A stretch of 64,000 nt of DNA from Myxococcota bacterium (GCA_963668655.2 CAXXPQ010000001.1:952768-1016767); one strand, 5' to 3'; shown: positions 1 through 9,614, counted from the first letter of the stretch. Notes: generated by a model not told the origin, from the letters alone. Program-made: numbers and translations.

Positions 1-278
1 CGGAAGAGGCGGCAAGGCTGGTCCGGCTGTCGGCGGAATGGCCCCATGTGGAGTTGCGGGGCCTGATGAGCATCCCGCCGTTTCTGGACGATCCGGAAGC
101 CATCCGCCCCTACCATGTGCGGTTGCGGGAGTTGCGGGACAGGCTGCGGAAGGACAGCGGATTTGCGCTTCCGGAACTGTCCATGGGCATGTCCACGGAT
201 CTGGAAGCCGCCGTGGAGGAAGGCGCGACCTTCGTCCGAGTGGGAACCGATATTTTCGGGCCGAGAGCGGCCCGCTGA
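1..278 (+). CDS. yggS: YggS-family PLP-binding protein, C-terminal part (5' end outside the window)
   Basis: The frame is open from the window edge. The translation ..VELRGLMSIPPF..ELSMGMSTDLEAAVEEGATFVRVGTDIFG matches the conserved YggS/PROSC C-terminus. Confidence 0.85.
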   Translation, partial: EEAARLVRLSAEWPHVELRGLMSIPPFLDDPEAIRPYHVRLRELRDRLRKDSGFALPELSMGMSTDLEAAVEEGATFVRVGTDIFGPRAAR

Positions 279-323
279 CCGACGCGCCCCGAAGATTCGG
301 GAGCGCGAAAGCGGAGGAAACGG

Positions 324-638
324 ATGTTCGCCGTATCGAATTTAATCGTGGGAATCGCCCGGGTGCTGGAGATGTTCCTGCAAATGTACATGTTCATCGT
401 CCTGGGACGTGTCATCATCTCCTGGGTCAACGCCGATCCCTACAATCCCATCGTGCGTTTTCTGAACCGCGCCACGGAGCCGCTGTTCCGCCGGATCCGG
501 CGCTGGTTTCCCATCCTGGCCAACATGGGCGGACTGGATCTGACGCCCCTGGTGGTGCTGGGCATCGTCTATCTGCTTCAGGCCGCCGTCATCATGAATC
601 TCTACGACCTGGCCGCCTATCTGAAAGCCAACGGCTGA
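324..638 (+). CDS. yggT: YggT-family small membrane protein
   Basis: 104 aa and hydrophobic. It has the YggT-like motif ILGRVIISWVNADPYNPIVRFL and the typical position after yggS. Confidence 0.85.
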   Translation: MFAVSNLIVGIARVLEMFLQMYMFIVLGRVIISWVNADPYNPIVRFLNRATEPLFRRIRRWFPILANMGGLDLTPLVVLGIVYLLQAAVIMNLYDLAAYLKANG

Positions 639-652
639 AAAGGAGGAAAGCC

Positions 653-1201
653 ATGAAGCTGACCCCCCTGGAAATCCGACAGATGCAATTTCCCGCCGCC
701 TTCCGGGGCCTGAACCGGGAAGACGTGCAGAATTTCCTGCAACTCGCCTCCGAGGAGATGGAGGAACTGGCGCGGGAGAACAACGCGCTGAAGGAACGCC
801 TGGCCGACTTCGAAAAGCGCCTGGACGAGCATCGCGAGCGGGAAAAAAGCCTGAAGGACACCCTGCTCGCCGCCCAGAAGGCCGCCGAGGACATGAAGGC
901 CGTAGCCGAGCGCGAGGCGCGCATCACCCTGTCCAAGGCCGAACTGGATGGGGAAAAGCTGGTGCGTGAGGCCGTCAAGCGCCGGGAGAAACTGGTGGGC
1001 GACATTCACGACCTGCGCCGCCAGCGGGTGCAGTTCGAAACCACGCTGCGCAACGCCGTGGAAGTCCACCTGAAGATGCTCGACGCGTTGAAGGAACACG
1101 AGGAAAAGCTTCAGACGGACGACAACCTCACCGTTCTACGCCGTGCCGAGAAAAGCCGGACGGAAACGACCGAAACCGCCCGGCGGAAGACCGGGGAGTG
1201 A
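653..1201 (+). CDS. DivIVA-domain coiled-coil protein
   Basis: The N-terminus MKLTPLEIRQMQFPAAFRGLNREDVQNFL is the DivIVA signature, followed by a long coiled coil. The internal ATG at 653 is preceded by AAAGGAGGA. The upstream part of ORF 38..1201 overlaps yggS and yggT and is spurious. Confidence 0.85.
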   Translation: MKLTPLEIRQMQFPAAFRGLNREDVQNFLQLASEEMEELARENNALKERLADFEKRLDEHREREKSLKDTLLAAQKAAEDMKAVAEREARITLSKAELDGEKLVREAVKRREKLVGDIHDLRRQRVQFETTLRNAVEVHLKMLDALKEHEEKLQTDDNLTVLRRAEKSRTETTETARRKTGE

Positions 1202-1503
1202 TGCCGATTCCGGACGCGCCCGCCTATCTGGTTCCGGACGGGGACGACGTGCTGCTGATGATCCTGGCCCAGCCCAAAAGCTCGCGAAACGCCGTCGCCG
1301 ACGTGGTGGACGGCCGATTGAAAATCCGCCTGAAGGCCCCTCCGGTGGACGGCGCGGCCAACAAGGAACTGATCGCCTTTCTCGCCAAAACCCTGTCCGT
1401 TCCCAAGTCCGGCCTGGAAATCGTCTCCGGGCACACGGGCCGCAGAAAGACGGTGCGGGTTTCCGGACTTTCCATCCAGGACGTGAAAGAGCGGCTGCCA
1501 TGA
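1201..1503 (+). CDS. yggU: DUF167/YggU-family protein
   Basis: About 100 aa. The motif KIRLKAPPVDGAANKELIAFLAK is the YggU signature. The start overlaps the divIVA stop (GTGATG). GTG at 1198 is an alternative start. Confidence 0.8.
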   Translation: MPIPDAPAYLVPDGDDVLLMILAQPKSSRNAVADVVDGRLKIRLKAPPVDGAANKELIAFLAKTLSVPKSGLEIVSGHTGRRKTVRVSGLSIQDVKERLP

Positions 1504-2594
1504 GATCGTACGTGTTCGGGTCTTTCGGGGCACTGCTTCTTTTCCTTCTGCCGCCGATTCTCTGGCTTTTCCCCCAGAGCCTCTTCGCCGAGGACGATAT
1601 CCGGGATCTGGCGCGCCACGATTACGACGAACTCGTCGCCCATCCGGAAGCCCGCATCGACGTTCCGGAACATTACGAGGAAAAGCTGACGAAACACTTC
1701 CTGTACGTCTATCCCTCCGGGGGCCGGGCGCGGGCCAGGGATCTGATGGCTCGGGGCGAGAGCGTCCGGGCGCGTTACGTAAGGGAAATCGGCGTGGATC
1801 CTCCCGGGATCATTCGCGTCTATCTGGCCGCCAACGGCCGGGATTTCCAGCGCATGCAGCCCGGTGGCGCGCGCCTGCCCGACTGGGTGGCCGGGGTCGC
1901 CTATCCTTCGCTTGACGCGATTCTTCTGCGCCAGGCGGCCTCCGACGGCCATCCCATCGACCTGTTCCGCACCTTCGAGCACGAACTGAGCCACGTGGTT
2001 TTCCGTCGGGCGGTGGGCGACACCCGCACGCCGAAATGGTTTGTGGAAGGTCTGGCCCAGTGGCAGGCCCACGAATTCGACTTTCACCGCAGCCAGCGGC
2101 TGAGCTTCGCGGCCTTCACCAACTCGCTGATTCCCATCGAGAAACTCCGCACGTCCTTTCCCCGGGGCGTGGGAGATATCCGCCAGGCCTACGATCAGAG
2201 CTACGATTTCGTCAGCTTCCTGGTGGGAGAATACGGGGAGGAGGCCTTCCGGCGTTTCGTACGCCGCCTGGGCGCGGGCGAGGAATTCTTCCGGGCGCTG
2301 GAAGCCGAGACCGGACTCGACCTGGAAGAACTGGAAAAGAAATGGATCTCCGAACTGAAGTTGAGCTATAGCTGGCTGCCGCTCATCACCTCCGGAGCCA
2401 CGGTCTGGACCGTGGCCAGCGTGCTGATTCTCATCGGCTACGCCCGCAAGCGCCGGGAAAAGGCGAGGAAACTGCAACGCATGGAAGAAGAGGAACGGGC
2501 CGCGGAGATGGCGTTGCGCATTCCCGTGGCCTATCCCCTGCGGGACGCGGACCGACCGGACGCGCCGAAGCGACGCGGCCCCACCATTCACTGA
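1500..2594 (+). CDS. Peptidase_MA_2-like zinc metallopeptidase with signal peptide and C-terminal TM anchor
   Basis: ATG at 1500 overlaps the yggU stop (ATGA). It has an N-terminal hydrophobic leader, HELSH followed by WFVEGLAQW (gluzincin HExxH..E), and a C-terminal TM helix followed by a basic stretch. Confidence 0.7.
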   Translation: MRSYVFGSFGALLLFLLPPILWLFPQSLFAEDDIRDLARHDYDELVAHPEARIDVPEHYEEKLTKHFLYVYPSGGRARARDLMARGESVRARYVREIGVDPPGIIRVYLAANGRDFQRMQPGGARLPDWVAGVAYPSLDAILLRQAASDGHPIDLFRTFEHELSHVVFRRAVGDTRTPKWFVEGLAQWQAHEFDFHRSQRLSFAAFTNSLIPIEKLRTSFPRGVGDIRQAYDQSYDFVSFLVGEYGEEAFRRFVRRLGAGEEFFRALEAETGLDLEELEKKWISELKLSYSWLPLITSGATVWTVASVLILIGYARKRREKARKLQRMEEEERAAEMALRIPVAYPLRDADRPDAPKRRGPTIH

Positions 2595-2612
2595 TGGCCC
2601 GAAAGGTTCGGG

Positions 2613-4625
2613 ATGGCCGAACGAGAAATCGGAAAACTCCCGTGGACTCGGATTCTCGGCGCGTCGGCTCTCCTTTTCTGCCTGATCGTCTTTCTGCCCT
2701 ACCGCCCGCCCGCGACCGACGGACTCGTAGAACCCAACGGCCTGGCCTTCTCGCCCAACCTGGGCCTCTTTCTGAAATACCGCTTCGAACGGGGGCGTCC
2801 CTCGCTTTCCGAAAGGCTGGGGGCCAAGCGATTGGAATTCCAGGTGAAATACGGCCGCGCCGAGATTCTGCGACCGGAGCCGGACGGCATGCGAAAGCTG
2901 TTCATCATCCGTCGCGGCGGAAACATCGGGCGATCCGTGGCCTTCGGCCGCCTGGAGATCCTGGAGCCGCTTTCCCCCGCGCTGCGCGCCGCCGTGCTCC
3001 TAGCGCTGGAGCATCCGGAACGGGACGCCGCCCGCTGGCTGCCGGAATCGAAACGGCGGCTGCGACTTTTCGGGCGCTGGCGAACATCGGATCTCTACAC
3101 CCACGGGATCATGCTGCTGCTCGTGACGCAGTTCGCGTTTCTCTTCGTTTTCGGCTGGCGGGGGCGCATCGGCAGAAAAGACTTCTCCATGGCGCTGCCG
3201 CTTCTTCTGGGCGTCGTCACTGTTTTTTTCCTGACGGACGCCGCGCCCGGGGACATCAAGCTGCATTTCTACAACGAGGCCCGCCAGAGCTACCGCTGGG
3301 ATCTCTACGGCCCGGGGGGCTTCGCCTGGCAGAAGGCGCTTTTCCGACTTTTCGGAACCTCGGATGCCGTGCTTTTCACGGCCAATCGCGTCCTGGGGAT
3401 TCTCATCGCGCTGCCCCTGGCGGTCTACGCCCGGGAGCGCCTGGAGTCGCTTCCGGCGGGGATCTGGGCGGGAATCCTGCTATTGGCGAGCCCCGTCTGG
3501 CTGCGCTATGCCGCCTCGGACCTGACCCATCCCTATGCTTTCTTTCTCTTTTTCTCTTCCGTGGCGCTGCTTGCCGGAAAAAAAGCGCCCGACACTCCGT
3601 CCATCCTGTTTGCCTTTTCTGGATTGGCGCTGGCCATGCTGGGACGGGGCGAGTTCTTCGTGCTCGGCCCCCTGGCTCCGCTGCTTCTGGGCTGGAAACG
3701 CACGCTCGACATTTCAAGAAAAAACCCCGGAGCCGTGGCCGCCGGGATCGTACTCTGCGCGGCCCTCGTGCTTCCCCAGGCCGTGATGCTGCGGGGTTTC
3801 GTCGAGACCGATCCGGAAAAGCTGGTGCGCTTCAGCCTTGCCGCGGCCGTGAAAAGCTGGTTCTGGCTGGACGCCGGAAACACCTTCGCCGACGAACGTT
3901 TTTCACCGGTCGTCCAGATGGCGCTTGCGGCGGCGGGCTTTCTGCTGATGCTCGTTCGGAAACCCTTCGTGGCGCTGGCGTTCTTCGTCTCGGCGGCGGC
4001 TTTTTTGTGGAACCCGTACATCTTCCGCCCGGAATTTTCCTCCACCCATTACCAGCTTCCCATCTGGCCCTTTTACCTGCTTCTGGCGGGCTTCGGCCCG
4101 GCGATGTTACAGAAGGCGGCGAAACTCCGTCTGCCCCCCCGGCTGTACCGGGCGGCGCTTATCGCGCTTGGCCTGTGGATCGTCGCGGCCTCGCTTTCAG
4201 GATACGGACCCATGTTACGGGGAGACCGCACCTATATGGAATTCTACCGCTTTCTGCGCCTCCACCGAGACGCCGTGCCGCCCGGCTGCGATCTGATCTA
4301 TGTGCGTCCGGGGGGCGATCACGACCTGTACAACCTGGAGCAGGTCTGGTTCGATGCGCCCGGCCCGCCGAGTTCCGCCACCAACACGCTGCGCCGGCCG
4401 CCGCCGGAAAACGGCGATTGCCGGGTCTATCTGCGCGTTCCCGCCTGCCGGGTGGCCTCGCCGCGGGATCCGAAACGTTTTCTGCGCCGCTGCGAGCGCT
4501 TCGAATCGGCCTTTGGGATGGAACCGCTGGCCGAGGGCCTGCTGAACGCCCGGGCGGTATGCAACGAAGTCTATCTTTCCGACCCCTTGCCGGTGGGCTT
4601 CTTTCGCATGAACGAGAAGAAATGA
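2613..4625 (+). CDS. Polytopic membrane protein of unknown function, many TM helices plus a Cys-containing C-terminal soluble domain
   Basis: 670-aa ORF with repeated hydrophobic segments and coding-like composition. A resemblance to ArnT/PMT-type glycosyltransferases is only an impression. The overlapping ORF 2594..4702 in another frame looks like Arg/Pro/Gly-rich shadow. Confidence 0.6.
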   Translation: MAEREIGKLPWTRILGASALLFCLIVFLPYRPPATDGLVEPNGLAFSPNLGLFLKYRFERGRPSLSERLGAKRLEFQVKYGRAEILRPEPDGMRKLFIIRRGGNIGRSVAFGRLEILEPLSPALRAAVLLALEHPERDAARWLPESKRRLRLFGRWRTSDLYTHGIMLLLVTQFAFLFVFGWRGRIGRKDFSMALPLLLGVVTVFFLTDAAPGDIKLHFYNEARQSYRWDLYGPGGFAWQKALFRLFGTSDAVLFTANRVLGILIALPLAVYARERLESLPAGIWAGILLLASPVWLRYAASDLTHPYAFFLFFSSVALLAGKKAPDTPSILFAFSGLALAMLGRGEFFVLGPLAPLLLGWKRTLDISRKNPGAVAAGIVLCAALVLPQAVMLRGFVETDPEKLVRFSLAAAVKSWFWLDAGNTFADERFSPVVQMALAAAGFLLMLVRKPFVALAFFVSAAAFLWNPYIFRPEFSSTHYQLPIWPFYLLLAGFGPAMLQKAAKLRLPPRLYRAALIALGLWIVAASLSGYGPMLRGDRTYMEFYRFLRLHRDAVPPGCDLIYVRPGGDHDLYNLEQVWFDAPGPPSSATNTLRRPPPENGDCRVYLRVPACRVASPRDPKRFLRRCERFESAFGMEPLAEGLLNARAVCNEVYLSDPLPVGFFRMNEKK

Positions 4626-5042
4626 TCCGTGGCGTTCGGAAAACGGAGCATCTTTTCTCCAGGATGTCTCGTTTTCGTGACATCCCGACAACAAAGCCGT
4701 AAGAGATGGGAATCCTTGCTTCATGGAAGGCCCGGAAACAATTCGGATTCGACGAAACCCATGGGCGATTTCATTGTTTTCTACATGGCGTCACCTTGTG
4801 GAGAAATTGATTTTTCCCCTTTGATATCGATATGTTAAGATCAGGAGAGGTCGCGACGTGGAGAAAACCTGGATTCGAAAACGGAAAAAACACGTCCGAA
4901 AAGACACCGGCCGAGCCCGAACTTCCGGAATTCACGAGGCGTTTTCCCGCAATTCAATCCATCTGGCCCGATTGATGCAAGGAGATGAATCCGAATGGAT
5001 TCCGGTCTCAGGCCGAGATCGGAGCGGAAAAACATACGAGGT

Positions 5043-5489
5043 ATGCCCATGACCGTGGCCGTCGCCCTGTTCCGAAACGAAATCTCGCCGCGCTTCGATT
5101 GCTGCGCCGGTCTGGTTTTCGTGGAACCCGGCGCATCCTGGATCGAGGCTCGACACGCCACGCCGGAAACGGAAGGCGCGGAAAGCCGCATCCAGTTGAT
5201 TCTGCAAGGAAAAGCGGATGTTTTTCTTTGCGGCGGCATCCGTCGTTGCGACTATCTTCGGCTTCAATCCGAAGGCGTGACGGTGATTCCGGGACTGACG
5301 GGACCGGCGGCGGACCGCTACCGGGAATACCTCGAAAACCGGCTGCAACCCCTTCCGGTGAGCTTCGGCGCGGGCCGGGGAAAAGGCCCGGGAGCCGGAG
5401 GGCCGCCTGGACGGGGGCGTTGCCGACGGAAAGGAGAAAAGATATGCCAGGATTCGACAAGACCGGGCCGCAGGGCCAAGGGCCGATGA
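5043..5489 (+). CDS. NifX/NifB-like (dinitrogenase Fe-Mo cofactor family) domain protein
   Basis: MTVAVALFRNEISPRFDCCAGLVFVE.. and the CGGI motif are typical of this family. GAGG precedes ATG 5043. The low-complexity C-terminal tail overlaps the next gene. Confidence 0.7.
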   Translation: MPMTVAVALFRNEISPRFDCCAGLVFVEPGASWIEARHATPETEGAESRIQLILQGKADVFLCGGIRRCDYLRLQSEGVTVIPGLTGPAADRYREYLENRLQPLPVSFGAGRGKGPGAGGPPGRGRCRRKGEKICQDSTRPGRRAKGR

Positions 5490-5725
5490 CCGGACGCGGG
5501 CTGGGACGCTGCCGCGCCGTTCGGCCGGAAGACAGCCAAGTTACTGAAAACACGGAAGGAAACGAGGACATCGTGGAAACCTTGCTGGGACTCGGCCGGG
5601 GCGGACGTCCCCGGGGCGGCGGCCGCGGCATGGGTCGCGGTCGTGGCATGGGCGGCGGCCGAGGCATGGGTCGCGGTCGCGGCATGGGCGGCGGAGGCAT
5701 GGGCGGACAAGGTTCCGGCAAGTAA
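5444..5725 (+). CDS. DUF5320-like small protein with RG/GM-rich tail
   Basis: The N-terminus MPGFDKTGPQGQGPMTGRGLGRC matches my recollection of DUF5320. The RBS AAAGGAGA lies 6 nt upstream. The gene pairs with a NifX-like gene, as in many anaerobes. Confidence 0.7.
   Translation: MPGFDKTGPQGQGPMTGRGLGRCRAVRPEDSQVTENTEGNEDIVETLLGLGRGGRPRGGGRGMGRGRGMGGGRGMGRGRGMGGGGMGGQGSGK
5621..5692 (+). repeat. Two tandem copies of a 36-nt unit inside the DUF5320-like gene
   Basis: GGCCGCGGCATGGGTCGCGGTCGTGGCATGGGCGGC is repeated immediately with 2 mismatches. It encodes the GRGMGRGRGMGG repeats. Confidence 0.85.
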
Positions 5726-5748
5726 CGCCATGGATGGAAAATGCAAAG

Positions 5749-5774
5749 AGCCGGGCTTCACGCCCGGTTTTTTT
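5749..5774 (+). terminator. Intrinsic terminator
   Basis: Stem CCGGGC / GCCCGG with loop TTCAC, followed by a run of 7 T. It lies between the convergent DUF5320-like and uvsE genes. Confidence 0.8.
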
Positions 5775-5846
5775 GCGCCGAAACGGCGATGCCGGGCCCC
5801 GGGATGAAGCATATTTAAAGCCAAAACAGCCACACGGAATCCGCCG

Positions 5847-6752
5847 TCAGCCGCTGGCGCGTCCGGCCCGGCGATGAAGCGCCTTCGCCAGTTTCAGCAC
5901 CGCCAGTTCCTTGGCCTTGGCCTCCACTTCCACCGTGATGTCCAGCGTGTCCCAGAACTTGGGAAAATCCCGCAAATCGATGAAATCGGAGTGATAACGA
6001 TGGTTTCCAGACCCCCACCCGTCCCGGGGACTGGAGATGTGAAACAACGGCTCCCGGTTCCAGGTGGCGATCGCCCGCTCCGTGGCCCGCTCTTCCGATA
6101 GCCCGCAGGGATTGCAGCGGTGGTGGTGGACGTCGTATACCAGCGGCAGTTCGAGCGCCCAGCAGACCGGCAGAAGATCGCCGGGCGTGAACACGCGATC
6201 GTCGTTCTCGAAGGCCAGCCGCTTCCGCACGGGCGGGGAAAGCCGCTTCGCGTTTTCAACCAGCCGACGCAGTGCTCCGGCCTTGTCGCCGTAACCGCCG
6301 CCGCCGTGCAGGGTGATGACGTCCGCGCCGATCCACTCCGCCACCTCGGCCTGGTATTCGAGTTCCGCGATGGAACTTCGCAGCACCTCCGGGTTCGGCG
6401 AGTTCAGCACCACGAACGGGTCCGGATGAAAGACGATCCGCGTGCCCGTCTCCCGCGCGAGTTTGCCGCAGGCCCGAAAGGCTCCGATGATCTCCTCGCC
6501 CGGAAGATCGGAATCATACCCCAGTTCCGGGTGGGTCTTCAGCGGCAGGATCCGACTCGTCACTCGAAAGCAGCCGATGCCGTTTTTCGCGCAGAAACGC
6601 AGGGCCTTATGCAGCGCCCCGGCGTTTTCCATGGCGATATGCCGCAGTTTCTCCACGCGTTCCGAGGCCGGAAGCGCCGAAAGGGATTTGGCCGTAACGG
6701 TGCGAAAACGGATGTCCTGCTTCTGGAACGTACAACAGAGGCCGAGCCGCAA
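5847..6752 (-). CDS. uvsE: UV damage endonuclease UvsE/UVDE
   Basis: MRLGLCCTF..., ITLHGGG, ENDD and YDVHHH motifs are typical of UVDE TIM-barrel endonucleases. The start is TTG, with GGAG upstream. Confidence 0.85.
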   Translation of the reverse strand: MRLGLCCTFQKQDIRFRTVTAKSLSALPASERVEKLRHIAMENAGALHKALRFCAKNGIGCFRVTSRILPLKTHPELGYDSDLPGEEIIGAFRACGKLARETGTRIVFHPDPFVVLNSPNPEVLRSSIAELEYQAEVAEWIGADVITLHGGGGYGDKAGALRRLVENAKRLSPPVRKRLAFENDDRVFTPGDLLPVCWALELPLVYDVHHHRCNPCGLSEERATERAIATWNREPLFHISSPRDGWGSGNHRYHSDFIDLRDFPKFWDTLDITVEVEAKAKELAVLKLAKALHRRAGRASG

Positions 6753-6866
6753 GATGAAATACTCCGGATGCGAACGACCGAATCGAGCCCTCGCCCGGCC
6801 CGGTCTGAAAGTCCATCGTCCCGCGTCCCCACAAAGAAAGAGGTCGCCGGCATCCGGGAAATTCCC

Positions 6867-9317
6867 TTACGCCTCCTTTTCCTCGTCCAGAAAGGCCACC
6901 GTCACGCCGTCCTGCCCCTCGCCCCGTTCTCCGGCGCGGAATTTCTTCACGTAAGGGCTGGCCCCCAGATGCGCGCGCACCGCCTCTTTCAGGCGACCCG
7001 TTCCGTGGCCGTGGATCAGGTAGACGTACGGCGCGTTGGCGCGCATGGCCCGGTCCAGAAAAGCATCCACCTTGTCCAGCGCCTCTTCCACGCGCTCGCC
7101 GCGTAGATCGCAACTGATGGACTGCCGCTCGGCCGCGCCATCGCCCTTCCGGGCTGAAAGCAGCGCGTCCTTCAATTTTGTCCGCCGCTCGTTCCGATTC
7201 TCCCGCTTCTCCCCCGGATGCAGGGCCTTCAATCGCTCCACCGGCATGCGCATCTTCAGACGTCCCACCTCCACGAGCGCCAGCCCGCGACGGTCCGGGG
7301 CTTCCACCACCACGCCCTTCTGATCCAGATTGGCGATGTATACACCCATGCCCGGCTCGATGTCCGCTTCGCCCAGTGATTTGCGCGGAGGGCGGTGTTC
7401 GTCCGCCGCTTCCGGTTCCGGCTCGGGAAGCGTCTCGCTGACTTTCTGTTCCGCCCGCGCCTCCATTTCCCGCAGCCGCTCCATGGCCTCCGTGGCCCGG
7501 GTCATGTCCGCGCCCTTCTGCAACTCGGCGATGAGTTCCCGCACCCGGTCCCGACTGCCCCGGATCTCCTCCAGCAGTTCCCGCCGACGCACCAGGATGT
7601 CCTGTTTCTCCCGACTTTCCAATAGCCGCAGCCGCCGTTCATAGGTCGCCTTGGCGATTTCCAGATCCGCCTGGACCGCCCGCAGCCGCTCGTTTTCCTC
7701 GCGTTGCCGCACGATTTCCTCTTCCAGCCGCTCCACCATGCGGTCGATGCGGTCGTCCGTGCCCTCCATCAGCGCGTTGGCCCGCCCCACCACTGCCTCG
7801 GAGACGCCCAGGCGTGTGGCGATGAGGAAGGCCGAGGACGATCCCGGCACGCCGATGCGAATGCGATAGGTGGGAACCAGCCGTTCCTCGTCCAGTCCCA
7901 CGGCGGCGTTCATGAAATCGTCCCGGGCGTAGGCCAGCCGTTTCAACCGTTCGTAGTGGGTGGTCACCACCACCCGGGCGCCGCTGTCGGCCATGCCTTC
8001 CACGATGGCTTGGGCGAGCGCCGCGCCCTGGCGCGGGTCGGTGCCCACCACGATCTCGTCGAGCAACACCAGCGAGCGTCCGCCGCAGCGGGTGAGCACC
8101 CCGTTCAGGCGCTCGATGTTCGCCGAGAAAGTGGACAGATCGTCGGAGAGCGACTGTTCGTCGCCCATGACCGAGTACAGGCTGTCGAAGCGCCCCACCG
8201 TGGAGCCCGGCAAGGCCGGAACGTGCATGCCCGCCCAGGCCATGAGCACGCACAGCCCCATGGTTTTCAAGCCCACGGTCTTGCCGCCCGTGTTCGCCCC
8301 GGAAAGCACCAGGACGTGGTACCCGTCGCCCAGGGCGAGATCGTTGGCCACCACGTCCTCGTCCCGCAAAGCCAGAAGCGGATGGCGCGCCTGCAACAGC
8401 CGGAAGGCCGGATCGTCCGTCATGACGGGCGGCTGCGCGTCCAGAAGCTCCGCCATGCGCGCCTTGGCCTGCACAACGTCCAACCGCGTAAGGATATCCA
8501 GATTGGACAGAATCAGCGGTGCTTCTTCTGCCACCCGGCGGGAGAGATCGCGCAGCACCTTGCGTTCCTCGCGTTCCACTTCCATCTGGGCCAACAACAG
8601 GTCGTTGTTCACCGCCACCAGTTCCCGGGGCTCCACGAAGATCGTCCGCCCGCTGGCCGACGAGCCGTGGACGATGCCCTTCAGGGCTGCCTTCTCGTGG
8701 GAACGCACGGGCAGGACGTAACGGTCCTCCCGGATGGTGTAATAGCTGTCCCGCAGCATGGGGCGGATCTTCTCGTTGTCCAGCATGCCGCCCAGCTTCG
8801 CCCGCACCTTGTCGTGCAGATCGCGCACGCGCTTGCGCATGGCTCCCAGGCCGGGCGTCGCCCGGTCCATGATCTCGCCCCGGTCCCGGTTGACGGCATG
8901 GTCGATGGCCCGCAGGGCGTCCTTCGTCTCCGACAACCCACCGCAAAGATCGAACAGCAGCGGAGCGCGCTCCTTCCGGTTCGCCATGCTTCGCAGCACC
9001 CGGTTGGAAGCCTGAATCGTGCCCGCGACCTCGGAGAGTTCCCCCACGTCCAGCACGCCGTCCTTCGTGCAGGCCGTCACAAGGTCGGCCACGGCGGAGG
9101 ACACGCCGCCCAGGCCGGGAGCGTCCCCGCTGCCGTAGAGATCGCGGTATTCGGCCACCCGGCCGATTTCCTCGCCGGCCTGCGAAACCGAGGGCAGAAA
9201 CGGCAGGTTCAGGCAGCGCCCCCGGCCGCGCTTCGTTGCGGCGTACCCCGCCAGAGCGTCGGCCACGCGGTCCCATTCCAAATCGTACAGGGTCTTTTCG
9301 GAAATCCGTATCGTCAT
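6867..9317 (-). CDS. mutS2: Endonuclease MutS2 (MutS domain V ATPase plus C-terminal Smr domain)
   Basis: Walker A GANTGGKT, MutS signature STFSANIE, and a C-terminal Smr domain (LRGERVEEALDKVDAFLD..LIHGHGTGRLK). Start chosen at the internal Met MTIRISEKT. Confidence 0.9.
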   Translation of the reverse strand: MTIRISEKTLYDLEWDRVADALAGYAATKRGRGRCLNLPFLPSVSQAGEEIGRVAEYRDLYGSGDAPGLGGVSSAVADLVTACTKDGVLDVGELSEVAGTIQASNRVLRSMANRKERAPLLFDLCGGLSETKDALRAIDHAVNRDRGEIMDRATPGLGAMRKRVRDLHDKVRAKLGGMLDNEKIRPMLRDSYYTIREDRYVLPVRSHEKAALKGIVHGSSASGRTIFVEPRELVAVNNDLLLAQMEVEREERKVLRDLSRRVAEEAPLILSNLDILTRLDVVQAKARMAELLDAQPPVMTDDPAFRLLQARHPLLALRDEDVVANDLALGDGYHVLVLSGANTGGKTVGLKTMGLCVLMAWAGMHVPALPGSTVGRFDSLYSVMGDEQSLSDDLSTFSANIERLNGVLTRCGGRSLVLLDEIVVGTDPRQGAALAQAIVEGMADSGARVVVTTHYERLKRLAYARDDFMNAAVGLDEERLVPTYRIRIGVPGSSSAFLIATRLGVSEAVVGRANALMEGTDDRIDRMVERLEEEIVRQREENERLRAVQADLEIAKATYERRLRLLESREKQDILVRRRELLEEIRGSRDRVRELIAELQKGADMTRATEAMERLREMEARAEQKVSETLPEPEPEAADEHRPPRKSLGEADIEPGMGVYIANLDQKGVVVEAPDRRGLALVEVGRLKMRMPVERLKALHPGEKRENRNERRTKLKDALLSARKGDGAAERQSISCDLRGERVEEALDKVDAFLDRAMRANAPYVYLIHGHGTGRLKEAVRAHLGASPYVKKFRAGERGEGQDGVTVAFLDEEKEA

Positions 9318-9584
9318 GACGTTCTCTTTTCTCTTTCTTCTTCCCGGTTTCCATCCACCGGAATCGTTTTTCAATCCTGGGCCTTCACACCGCCATCCTG
9401 TCTTCCGCCTTCGGAGAAACCCGGCAGGCTCCATCCGTGTCGGCCGCTTTTATCCATCCCCGCCCGGTTATAACGGACCGCTCCCCTTCCATGCAACCCG
9501 AAAATCCCAGGCAGGCTGTCGAGCGCCTCGGGATCGCGGAAAAAGCCTTCGGCGTCTCAAAAGCGAAGAAAGCGCCCGGGACTC

Positions 9585-9614
9585 TTGACGCGGGGCGCAA
9601 GAAAGCTCTACACT
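9585..9614 (+). promoter_or_regulatory. Candidate sigma70-type promoter for the large lipoprotein gene
   Basis: TTGACG, then 18 nt, then TACACT, about 70 nt upstream of ATG 9684. Confidence 0.35.

Noticed and set aside
38-652. N-terminal 205 codons of ORF 38..1201, which precede the DivIVA domain.
   Set aside because: This part overlaps yggS and yggT in other frames and translates to Arg/Gly/Pro-rich sequence. A strong RBS and the canonical DivIVA N-terminus begin at 653.
2594-4702. A 702-aa ORF in an alternative frame overlapping the 2613..4625 membrane protein.
   Set aside because: Its translation is Arg/Pro/Gly/Ala-rich with no hydrophobic periodicity. The 2613 frame gives coherent TM helices.
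4626-5042. A possible riboswitch, leader or small genes (ORFs 4629..4838 and 4858..5052) upstream of the NifX-like gene.
   Set aside because: The ORFs lack an RBS and recognisable motifs. I saw only a short inverted repeat (AATCCAT/ATGGATT) and cannot match any known riboswitch by eye. A covariance-model search would be needed.
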